A program made the position numbers and the translations under genes. Below, piece by piece: positions 9,570 to 16,280 of a stretch of DNA of 64,000 bases. The first letter of the stretch is position 1. Each line of letters starts with the position of its first letter. This DNA is from a virus. The notes beneath the pieces were generated by a model. It searched no databases, was not told the origin of the DNA, and saw nothing but the letters and a program-made list of their open reading frames with translations. The stretch covers positions 96,001 to 160,000 of IMG/VR virus record IMGVR_UViG_3300043409_001462, one strand, 5' to 3'.

Positions 9570-9735
9570 CTATTTGATCGAAGCTCTTGAAGAGATGATC
9601 GACGCCAGAGATGATATGTGGCAGGAAGAGAAATTCTGCAACTACAAACAGATGACTAAGATTGGGGTGGAACGCTACGAACCAGCTCGCGAAAAGCTTA
9701 GGTTCTTTCTAAAAGAAATTGTTAAGCTTAAGTAA
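9553..9735 (+). CDS. Hypothetical protein
   Basis: ATG overlapping upstream gene end. Confidence 0.5.
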   Translation: MKDDIDYLIEALEEMIDARDDMWQEEKFCNYKQMTKIGVERYEPAREKLRFFLKEIVKLK

Positions 9736-9743
9736 ATTAGGTG

Positions 9744-9772
9744 TTGACTTCTCCGTCTAGGTGGGGTACAAT
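9744..9772 (+). promoter_or_regulatory. Early sigma70-like promoter
   Basis: TTGACT-N17-TACAAT. Confidence 0.75.
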
Positions 9773-9798
9773 AATAGAGTTGAAATAGGAGCTAAAAA

Positions 9799-9966
9799 AT
9801 GAACCTTTCGGATCTCTTTGCTGAGTTTAAGTCACTTCCCTCCGCCGAAGCCAAGGTTGAGTACCTTCGGTCTCTTGCTACGCTCAACCTTCCCTACGAT
9901 ATTAATTACCAAGCTCTAATTGCCGCTTGGGAACGTATAGCTCGAGTTGAAGCGGCTCGAGCTTAA
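9799..9966 (+). CDS. Small early protein (55 aa, not in ORF track)
   Basis: AGGAG RBS then MNLSDLFAEFKSLPSAEAKVEYLR... Confidence 0.6.
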   Translation: MNLSDLFAEFKSLPSAEAKVEYLRSLATLNLPYDINYQALIAAWERIARVEAARA

Positions 9967-10010
9967 CAATAAAAAAATAAAAAAAAGTATTGTCTAGCTA
10001 CGATTTAGGG

Positions 10011-10039
10011 TTGACTTCCTCGACTAACTGTAGTATACT
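10011..10039 (+). promoter_or_regulatory. Early sigma70-like promoter
   Basis: TTGACT-N17-TATACT with A-tract upstream. Confidence 0.8.
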
Positions 10040-10086
10040 ATATGCATGGTTGGTTGAGGTTGTCGCCTCGTTACAGGAGCTGAGCA

Positions 10087-10278
10087 ATGAAAGCTTTCAC
10101 GGTTTACGGTTCTTTCTACGGTTCGGATGAGCTTCCCGAGGCTATCGCCTCTTTTCCCACCTATCTTGAGGCTGAGATTTTCGTTCGCGATTATCCCGAG
10201 TCCGACCCTATCGTCGAGTACGATCGGTACTTGATTGAGATGACGGTTGGTGGCGCTCGTTTTACTACCTACGCCTAA
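10087..10278 (+). CDS. Small early hypothetical protein
   Basis: AGGAG RBS; behind early promoter. Confidence 0.6.
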   Translation: MKAFTVYGSFYGSDELPEAIASFPTYLEAEIFVRDYPESDPIVEYDRYLIEMTVGGARFTTYA

Positions 10279-10291
10279 CTGGAGCTTGACT

Positions 10292-10465
10292 ATGACTGTA
10301 TACGTTCTTCTCGTTGGATACGACTATGAGGGGCAGCAGTGCCTCGGTGTATATTACTCTCGCCAGGAGGCTCAGGAAGCCTTCGAGGCGGCTGACTGGT
10401 TGGGTGGGTACCCTGCGATCGAGGAACGAGTCCTCGGCGTCCCTGCAGAAGCTCTTGACCTCTAG
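10292..10465 (+). CDS. Small early hypothetical protein
   Basis: GGAG RBS; MTVYVLLVGYDYEG...LGVY pattern common in phage early genes. Confidence 0.6.
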   Translation: MTVYVLLVGYDYEGQQCLGVYYSRQEAQEAFEAADWLGGYPAIEERVLGVPAEALDL

Positions 10466-10474
10466 GAGATAATT

Positions 10475-10660
10475 ATGTTCGTAGCAATTCTCACGAATTT
10501 CGGTAACACCATCTATAGCGGTGACGACCTGTCAGCTGCTATTGCTAAGGTTGAGTCTGCTTGCTTCGAAGCCACGGTTCAGCATTACGAATCAGACGGT
10601 CGTAGCGGACTGATGAGCTATTCTCCCATCTCTGGGTGGAGGACGATTGTTTCGTTCTAG
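10475..10660 (+). CDS. Small early hypothetical protein
   Basis: AGGAG RBS. Confidence 0.6.
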   Translation: MFVAILTNFGNTIYSGDDLSAAIAKVESACFEATVQHYESDGRSGLMSYSPISGWRTIVSF

Positions 10661-10674
10661 GAACAATTTTCCTG

Positions 10675-10703
10675 TTGACTTCCTCTGAAAGCTGTAGTAT
10701 ACT
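10675..10703 (+). promoter_or_regulatory. Early sigma70-like promoter
   Basis: TTGACT-N17-TATACT; near copy of the promoter at 10011. Confidence 0.8.
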
Positions 10704-10831
10704 ATATGTACGGTTGATAAGGAGCCTCTGATGTCTACGAATGATCTTCTGATTGTGTTTGGTCCGCTTATCGTGATGGCGCTGGGTATGGCGCTCGGTC
10801 TTATCGTTTACACCATCCGTGAGGTACGCTA

Positions 10832-11191
10832 ATGTCTGGTATGAACCTGCTGCTGTCTGATTCTCGTGGCGTCTATATCCCTCGCGACTTCGCTGATTTC
10901 GGCGCGCATTGGGATGGCGTAAAAGCCGAAGATCTCGAAATTCTCGCCGCTGGACCCGACCACGAGCACTACTGGGAAGCCTGGGACGCTGTGTTGGGGG
11001 CTGCTACCTATACCGATGGTAAAAACAATGTGTGGCACCTTTCTCAAGACGGTGACTTGTGGGCTGTTTGTCCTGATCTTATGACCGATGAGGAGTACTA
11101 TGGCTACTACGGCGAGCATCGTTCTGATCTCGACGCTGACAGTCGATTTGAAACTGACAACTGGTATGACACTTCTGCGGAGTTGCGCTAA
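10832..11191 (+). CDS. Acidic early hypothetical protein
   Basis: GAGG RBS; DSRGVYIP...YWEAWD...QDGDLW. Confidence 0.65.
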   Translation: MSGMNLLLSDSRGVYIPRDFADFGAHWDGVKAEDLEILAAGPDHEHYWEAWDAVLGAATYTDGKNNVWHLSQDGDLWAVCPDLMTDEEYYGYYGEHRSDLDADSRFETDNWYDTSAELR

Positions 11192-11406
11192 TGTCTGATA
11201 CATTTTTCTCTCGTCCACCTGATACTCAGATTCGTGAGCTGGTAGATGAGCTATACAAGCGACTCATCGATAGTCGTAGGCTGCTCAAGATGTACGACGA
11301 GGATCCTGATCTAGCTCGTCGTAGTCATGACAAAGGTTACGCTCAAGGTATTCGTGAGGAAATCGCTTACCTAGGTCGTTTGCTCGACAAATATGAGCGT
11401 AGCTAA
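11191..11406 (+). CDS. Hypothetical protein
   Basis: Translationally coupled ORF. Confidence 0.55.
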   Translation: MSDTFFSRPPDTQIRELVDELYKRLIDSRRLLKMYDEDPDLARRSHDKGYAQGIREEIAYLGRLLDKYERS

Positions 11407-11777
11407 TGACTATGCATCTTCTGCCTGCATTCGTTTCTACAACGAGCACTCGCAAACGTAAGTCAAAGCTTACGAGTAAGGCTAAGATTCAACTTGCAAC
11501 GCATCAGCAGTGGGTTGAAAAAATGACAAAAGGTATGAAGTCGGATAAGAAAGTACTTGACAAAGCCTGGAGAAAAGAGTATACTAGTTCTATGGTTGTT
11601 GATCGTTCGGCGTTTCAGAAGTCAGGTATGGCTCCTGGTGTTTGTGCGAAACCAGAAGAGAAAGTTTACTCTGGTGAAATGCAGCTGTTAGGTATTGCTA
11701 CGATGCACAAGTCCAATATGGTTCCTGTGTTTAAGAAGCAAGATGCCGAAGATATCGCTAGGATGAGGAGAGGTTGA
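11406..11777 (+). CDS. Conserved T4-like hypothetical protein
   Basis: GIATMHKSNMVPVF motif. Confidence 0.7.
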   Translation: MTMHLLPAFVSTTSTRKRKSKLTSKAKIQLATHQQWVEKMTKGMKSDKKVLDKAWRKEYTSSMVVDRSAFQKSGMAPGVCAKPEEKVYSGEMQLLGIATMHKSNMVPVFKKQDAEDIARMRRG

Positions 11778-11953
11778 TGAACGATCAAATTGAAATTCAA
11801 GCTCAAGACAACTCTGGTATGTGGCGTACGTATCATGTAACCATGAACGATTCGCAACGAATTTTGGCTGAGATGCGGTCTATCCAATCTCGCTATCCGA
11901 ACTATCGTGTTCGTGCGATAGATCAGAATGGTCGTGTTGTAGACATTCTGTAA
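11777..11953 (+). CDS. Small hypothetical protein (58 aa, not in ORF track)
   Basis: GAGGAG RBS; MNDQIEIQAQDNSGMWRTY...RVRAIDQNGRVVDIL. Confidence 0.6.
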   Translation: MNDQIEIQAQDNSGMWRTYHVTMNDSQRILAEMRSIQSRYPNYRVRAIDQNGRVVDIL

Positions 11954-11960
11954 ATAGTAG

Positions 11961-11989
11961 TTGACTTTCTTCAAGAAAGTTAGTATAAT
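11961..11989 (+). promoter_or_regulatory. Sigma70-like promoter
   Basis: TTGACT-N17-TATAAT. Confidence 0.8.
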
Positions 11990-12039
11990 AATGAAAGTTG
12001 GTCGTTCGACTGACTAAATAAGTGGAAATGGAGAATTAA

Positions 12040-12327
12040 ATGACTAAGACTGCTCGTGTATTGAATGCCTTTTTGAATGGTGAGAAGCTTACTGCTAAGC
12101 AGATCGCCGCACGTTTTGGTGCTGGTAATCCCCATGAGATCGTTCGTTCGCTCCGCTCTAAGGGCTATGCAATCTATCTCAATGAACATACGAATTCGAA
12201 GGGTAATACGACCAATAAGTATCGCCTCGGTGCACCTTCTCGTGCTATCGTAGCTGCTGGTATCGCTGCTCTAGGTCCAGATTCAGTAGGACCAAATGCC
12301 CGCAAAGTTGCGGTGGGTCTCGTCTAA
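12040..12327 (+). CDS. Winged-helix DNA-binding protein
   Basis: GEKLTAKQIAARFG...VRSLRSKGYAIYLN...YRLGAPSR. Confidence 0.7.
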   Translation: MTKTARVLNAFLNGEKLTAKQIAARFGAGNPHEIVRSLRSKGYAIYLNEHTNSKGNTTNKYRLGAPSRAIVAAGIAALGPDSVGPNARKVAVGLV

Positions 12328-12348
12328 AGGTAGGGAATCCTACTAGTG

Positions 12349-12379
12349 GGCGGGATCCGAAAGGTTCCCGCCTTTTTTT
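12349..12379 (+). terminator. Rho-independent terminator
   Basis: GGCGGGATCC-GAAA-GGTTCCCGCC followed by T7. Confidence 0.85.
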
Positions 12380-12383
12380 ATGG

Positions 12384-12443
12384 TTGACTTCCTTCTAAAA
12401 GTCAGCTATACTAAGTTAAGAATAAAGACTACGCTGTTTGACA
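12384..12443 (+). promoter_or_regulatory. Promoter of the tRNA/ncRNA operon with boxA-like antitermination element
   Basis: TTGACT-N17-TATACT (12384-12412); GCTGTTTGACA at 12433-12443 resembles rrn boxA (GCTCTTTAACA). Confidence 0.7.
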
Positions 12444-12466
12444 TTGTTGGAAGCAGAAGCAATCGA

Positions 12467-12580
12467 AAGGTTGTTTCTTCATGGATGCACTTACGGTTCG
12501 ATTCCGTAGTGGTCTGATCAACCGCCTAGTTCTAGACTAGAAAAGCTGTGGACAGGAGTGCATCTTTGAAGAAACAACTT
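12467..12580 (+). ncRNA. Unclassified structured RNA 1 (long closing stem, T-loop hairpin)
   Basis: GTTGTTTCTTCA/TGAAGAAACAAC and GGATGCACTT/GAGTGCATCT enclose hairpins ACGG-TTCGATT-CCGT, GTGGT-CTGATCA-ACCGC, CTAGT-TCTAG-ACTAG. Confidence 0.6.
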
Positions 12581-12772
12581 ATTAGGTGTGGTGTTATGGA
12601 AAATTGCAGTGTTCCTGCACAGCGCACAGTCCCTGGAGCCCTCTGTCCTGCAGGCACGGCATAAACTGAGTTGCAATCAAAAATTGGGGTCGCGCCCAGC
12701 AATAAGATTGCAGAGTAAAGCGAACGGTATGGCGGTCTATCCATATCCATAACATAACATCACTCCTAATAA
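12579..12772 (+). ncRNA. Unclassified structured RNA 2 (~190 nt)
   Basis: TTATTAGG..TGTTATGGA pairs with TCCATAACA..CCTAATAA; inner TGCAATC/GATTGCA stem; no credible ORF. Confidence 0.55.
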
Positions 12773-12777
12773 GTATT

Positions 12778-12854
12778 GGACTCTTAGCTCATTTGGTTAG
12801 AGCAGCGGTCTTTTAAACCGTTGGTGCTGGGTTCGAGTCCCAGAGAGTCCACCA
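12778..12854 (+). tRNA. tRNA-Lys(TTT)
   Basis: Cloverleaf, loop CTTTTAA, encoded CCA. Confidence 0.92.
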
Positions 12855-12939
12855 TAATTGCTTGTAGGGAGAGCCTAGTCGCTCCTGCATGTATTGGAGA
12901 GGCTTAAGCCTGGCGGTATACAGCAAGCAACTTATATAC

Positions 12940-13014
12940 TGGCGTATAGCTCAGTGGTAGAGCACTGTCCTGATAAGACAGGGGTCAATGGATCGTAACC
13001 ATTTACGCCAACCA
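12940..13014 (+). tRNA. tRNA-Ile(GAT)
   Basis: Loop CTGATAA; atypical T loop ATCGTAA; CCA. Confidence 0.88.
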
Positions 13015-13024
13015 AATAGAATAA

Positions 13025-13101
13025 CGGAGATTGGCTCAGTCTGGTAGAGCATTCGCTTTGGGAGCGAAGGGTCGCAAGTTCGAATCTTGCATCTCCGACC
13101 A
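13025..13101 (+). tRNA. tRNA-Pro(TGG)
   Basis: Loop TTTGGGA; CCA. Confidence 0.92.
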
Positions 13102-13107
13102 AATAAC

Positions 13108-13197
13108 GGAAGAATGGCCGAGTGGTTGATGGCTCTAGTCTTGAAAACTAGCATACCTGCAAGGGTATCGTGGGTTCGAATCCTACTTCTTCCGCCA
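13108..13197 (+). tRNA. tRNA-Ser(TGA)
   Basis: Loop CTTGAAA; long variable arm; GCCA. Confidence 0.92.
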
Positions 13198-13211
13198 TAA
13201 ATAAAAGAATT

Positions 13212-13298
13212 GAGTAGGCTGCAGAGACGGTGGACTGCAACGGACTGTAAATCCGTCCTCTAAGAGCGTTGTGGGTTCGAATCCTACCCTACTCACCA
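13212..13298 (+). tRNA. tRNA-Tyr(GTA)
   Basis: Loop CTGTAAA; long variable arm; CCA. Confidence 0.9.
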
Positions 13299-13304
13299 TA
13301 ATAT

Positions 13305-13382
13305 CCTCCGTTGGTGTAGCGGTCTAACATACCCGCCTTTCAAGCGCGGAGATCATCGGTTCAAATCCGATACGGAGGACCA
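13305..13382 (+). tRNA. tRNA-Glu(TTC)
   Basis: Loop CTTTCAA; bulged anticodon stem; CCA. Confidence 0.85.
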
Positions 13383-13388
13383 AATAAT

Positions 13389-13464
13389 GGACCATTAGCT
13401 CAGCTGGTAGAGCAGGAGACTCTTAATCTCTTTGTCGCAGGTTCGATCCCTGCATGGTTCACCA
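13389..13464 (+). tRNA. tRNA-Lys(CTT)
   Basis: Loop CTCTTAA; CCA. Confidence 0.92.
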
Positions 13465-13470
13465 AAGTTT

Positions 13471-13546
13471 TCCGCGATAGCTCAGTTGGTAGAGCGTCTG
13501 ACTGTTAATCAGAATGTCCCTGGTTCGAGCCCAGGTCGTGGAGCCA
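13471..13546 (+). tRNA. tRNA-Asn(GTT)
   Basis: Loop CTGTTAA; GCCA. Confidence 0.93.
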
Positions 13547-13550
13547 ATTT

Positions 13551-13625
13551 GGTCCGTTAGCTCAGCGGAAGAGCAACTCCTTTACACGGAGAAGGTCGGC
13601 AGTTCAACCCTGTCACGGACTACCA
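13551..13625 (+). tRNA. tRNA-Val(TAC)
   Basis: Loop TTTACAC; CCA. Confidence 0.9.
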
Positions 13626-13629
13626 TTAT

Positions 13630-13705
13630 GGGGACATAGCTCAGTTGGGAGAGCGTCTGATTTGCATTCAGAAGGTCTGCGGTTCGATCCCGCATGTCTC
13701 CACCA
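13630..13705 (+). tRNA. tRNA-Ala(TGC)
   Basis: Loop TTTGCAT; G3:U70; CCA. Confidence 0.92.
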
Positions 13706-13804
13706 TAGGTGATGAGTTGTAGGTAAACCTGAATGCGCTAGGGAACCTTCCTAACTGTTGAGTGATGATGTCGTCACGCACTAGTTACTCAACAGTCCAG
13801 TTTC

Positions 13805-13880
13805 GCCCGTATAGCTCATCTGGTAGAGCACCTGTTTTGTACTCAGGAGGCGGTGGGTTCGAGTCCTGCTGCGGGCACCA
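13805..13880 (+). tRNA. tRNA-Thr(TGT)
   Basis: Loop TTTGTAC; CCA. Confidence 0.88.
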
Positions 13881-13886
13881 TTCTAT

Positions 13887-13961
13887 CGCGGGGTGGAGAA
13901 GTAGAATCTCGTTTGGCTCATACCCAAAAGACCGTCTGTGCAATTCAGACCTCCGCAACCA
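13887..13961 (+). tRNA. tRNA-fMet(CAT), initiator-like
   Basis: CGCGGGG start with C1:A72 mismatch; loop CTCATAC; atypical T loop; CCA. Confidence 0.82.
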
Positions 13962-13964
13962 ATT

Positions 13965-14039
13965 GCTCTCGTACGCATCTGGTGAGGCGACCCCTCTGTC
14001 TAAGGGGCGAGGAGGGTTCGATTCCCTTCGAGAGCGCCA
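13965..14039 (+). tRNA. tRNA-Asp(GTC)
   Basis: Loop CTGTCTA; GCCA. Confidence 0.88.
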
Positions 14040-14056
14040 CTTAATAAGGCTGTATT

Positions 14057-14662
14057 ATGCAAAATGAAGTGATAAGTCTTTTCCCAACAGCTGTTATGAA
14101 GTCTACATTGGACAGAAAACTTTCAAGAAAAGAAGTTAATTTTGTAAAGAAGAATTTTAAAAATATTAGAAGCAATTTGCAAAACAGTACTAGTTGTGAT
14201 AATTATATTTTAGAAAACCAAGAATTTGTTTCTTTGAAAGAGTTTATTGAAACACAGTTAGATGTATATTACAGAAAAGTATTAAATGTTGATACAAGCT
14301 CAAAGATCTACATTACACAATCATGGTTGAATTATTCTAAGCCAGGTGAATCACATCATCCACATACACATACTAATAGTTTTTTGAGTGGCGTATTCTA
14401 CATTAGCACAAATGAAAATGATAGAATTTTCTTTAGAAAACAAAAAGAATTTATACATATACCACCAACTGTTTGTAATGTTTGGAATTCTGATTTGTGG
14501 GCATTGTCAGCTGTAGAAGGATATCTTTATATTTTTCCTTCAAACCTTGAGCATTATGTGGAAAAAATAACAGGTAGTAAAACAAGAATTAGTTTGAGTT
14601 TCAATTCATTCATATCTGGAAAAATTGGAGCTCCTGATTTCTTATCAGAATTAAAGATATAA
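14057..14662 (+). CDS. 2OG-Fe(II) oxygenase (TIGR02466-like)
   Basis: LFPT start, SWLN, HxH (HHPHTHTNSFLSGVFY), FPSNLEHYV, RISLSFN. Confidence 0.85.
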   Translation: MQNEVISLFPTAVMKSTLDRKLSRKEVNFVKKNFKNIRSNLQNSTSCDNYILENQEFVSLKEFIETQLDVYYRKVLNVDTSSKIYITQSWLNYSKPGESHHPHTHTNSFLSGVFYISTNENDRIFFRKQKEFIHIPPTVCNVWNSDLWALSAVEGYLYIFPSNLEHYVEKITGSKTRISLSFNSFISGKIGAPDFLSELKI

Positions 14663-14663
14663 T

Positions 14664-14738
14664 TGGGGATTAGTTAAATTGGTATAACGGAGGATTCTGA
14701 CTCCTTTGTTCGAGGTTCGAGTCCTTGATCCCCAGCCA
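14664..14738 (+). tRNA. tRNA-Gln(CTG)
   Basis: Loop TTCTGAC; GCCA. Confidence 0.9.
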
Positions 14739-14741
14739 ATT

Positions 14742-14816
14742 GGTGCCTGAGTAGGACGGTAATGCGCAGGTCTGCAAAACCTTGAGAACCCAGTTCAACT
14801 CTGGGAGGCACCTCCA
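14742..14816 (+). tRNA. tRNA-Cys(GCA)
   Basis: Loop CTGCAAA; U73 CCA. Confidence 0.88.
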
Positions 14817-14824
14817 AATTTTGT

Positions 14825-14899
14825 GCGGGTATAGCTCAGTGGTAGAGCACTTCGTTGCCAACGAAGATGTCGTCGGTTCGACCCCGATTGCCCGCTCCA
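14825..14899 (+). tRNA. tRNA-Gly(GCC)
   Basis: Loop TTGCCAA; U73 CCA. Confidence 0.92.
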
Positions 14900-14976
14900 G
14901 TTCCGATAGCTCAACTGAATAGAGCAACGGTCTACGAAACCGTAGGTTGAGGGTTTGAGTCCTTCTCGGAACACCA
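14900..14976 (+). tRNA. tRNA-Arg(ACG)
   Basis: Loop CTACGAA; CCA; abuts tRNA-Gly with no spacer. Confidence 0.9.
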
Positions 14977-14994
14977 TTCATAGAAAGGTATATA

Positions 14995-15591
14995 ATGATT
15001 AGCAAACATTTATTGAATGAATTGAATTATATTGTAATTGATAGTGGTGTAAAGATGGAAGGTAATTTGTTTTACTACCATCAGACGACACCATCTGATA
15101 ATCTTTACGAACCTTTCGAAAAGAAACGTCAGAACCTACAGCTATTGGCTAAGAAGTTTGATAACATTATGGAGATCGGTTTCAATGCTGGCCATAGTGC
15201 TGCTTTGATGCTCGAAGCCAATCCTAATCTGTTCTTGGTTAGCATCGATATTGGTGAACATAGCTATGTTTCTTCATGCGGAAAGGCTATTCAATCTGCT
15301 TTCCCTGGAAGGCACCAGCTTATCATCAAGGATTCGAAGCTTATCACTCAGAAAGAAATTAGCTTCGCTCAAGCTGTCATCGTTGATGGTGGTCATGAAT
15401 TTGATGATTGCTCTGCAGACTTGGAGTTGTGTAAAACGTACTGCGCGCCAGGAACAGTTATCGTTATCGACGATATTGATTTGAATGGAGTGCAGCTTGC
15501 GTATAGGCATCACTCTAGAAGTTTGTCAGTATGGAAAGATATTGAAACAATATATAACCAAGCTTTCTTCACATTAAACTCGCCCGAGTAG
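14995..15591 (+). CDS. Class I SAM-dependent methyltransferase (Methyltransf_24-like)
   Basis: MEIGFNAGHS, SIDI, VDGGH, VIDD. Confidence 0.85.
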   Translation: MISKHLLNELNYIVIDSGVKMEGNLFYYHQTTPSDNLYEPFEKKRQNLQLLAKKFDNIMEIGFNAGHSAALMLEANPNLFLVSIDIGEHSYVSSCGKAIQSAFPGRHQLIIKDSKLITQKEISFAQAVIVDGGHEFDDCSADLELCKTYCAPGTVIVIDDIDLNGVQLAYRHHSRSLSVWKDIETIYNQAFFTLNSPE

Positions 15592-15658
15592 TCCAATTGG
15601 CAGAGGCGCTGGTCTTAGAAACCAGATGTTGGGGGTTCAAATCCCTCCTCGGGCACCA
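15582..15658 (+). tRNA. tRNA-Leu(TAG), short variable loop
   Basis: Loop CTTAGAA; CCA; overlaps the upstream stop codon. Confidence 0.88.
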
Positions 15659-15662
15659 TTTT

Positions 15663-16263
15663 AGGTTGTGTTCAGCATACAATGGATGAACCAGTCGGTC
15701 GGGTGTTCGAGTCACCCCAGGAGCTCCTTGCTTCTGTAGCTCAGTGGTAGAGCAACTGCCAAAAAGTACAACCTGTTGAAAATAGTGCTTGACTTATCCG
15801 TAGATAAAGCGTATTATATGTGTATTGAGTTTGAGATTGACCGTTCAGCAAACAGCTTTTGATCAAGCTAGTAGCCCCTGGGCTACGTATAGACTGGCTT
15901 TATACCTGGTCTCCAGTGGTTGTTTCTTCGGGCGTCCACTATAAAAAAATGAAATAAGAAGTCAATCTGTTGAGTTTTAGGAAGCATTCGGCAAACAATT
16001 ATTGATTGGTTCAACTCCAATACCAGCGGTTCACGCTAGTACGCCTCGTGTGGGGCAACTGCTTCCTGTTGAGTTCTAGGATTGTTACAGCATAAATGCA
16101 CTTGATTTGTAATCAAACCCGCAAAGGGCAATCCTGTTGAGTTTTAGGGTCAGTTCCGCATCTAAAATGATTGCATATATCAAACCAAGATGACCCTGTT
16201 GAGTTTAGATTCAGTTCCGCAACCAATCAAATCGACTTGAAATCGACCAAAGTGAATCTGTCG
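15663..16263 (+). ncRNA. Array of six Y-RNA-like/tRNA-mimic cassettes upstream of Ro60-like gene
   Basis: Units start at 15663, 15834, 15979, 16078, 16146 and 16207; each is AG-stem + T(T/A)CNGCA + variable cargo + complementary stem-CT + GTTGA(G) (GTCG in unit 6). Confidence 0.85.
15789..15817 (+). promoter_or_regulatory. Sigma70-like promoter inside the RNA array (would drive units 2-6 and the DUF2828 gene)
   Basis: TTGACT-N17-TATTAT. Confidence 0.75.
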
Positions 16264-16280
16264 TAAAATGGAGAAGTGAA

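Noticed and set aside
12526-12540. Amber-suppressor anticodon (CTA) and stop-codon recoding
   Set aside because: The loop is only 5 nt and not in a tRNA; TAG, TAA and TGA all terminate genes normally and long genes are intact in the standard code
12532-15005. ORFs 12532-12750, 12951-13154, 13762-14067, 13853-14044, 14670-15005, 14795-14977 (also 17610-17822, 18030-18227, 19098-19328)
   Set aside because: Spurious translations across tRNA or ncRNA genes
15691-15758. Functional or pseudo tRNA gene
   Set aside because: The T arm precedes the D arm, the acceptor is closed by a loop, and there is no anticodon or CCA; treated as array cargo
15671-15780. Pseudoknot between TTCAGCA and the TGTTGAA tail
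   Set aside because: Zero-length linkers make it sterically unlikely, and the pairing is broken in units with TTCCGCA
15663-16263. CRISPR array interpretation of the CTGTTGAGTTTTAG repeats
   Set aside because: The identical part is only about 9-14 nt, unit lengths vary from about 55 to 140 nt, conservation is structural (covarying stems) and there are no cas genes in the window
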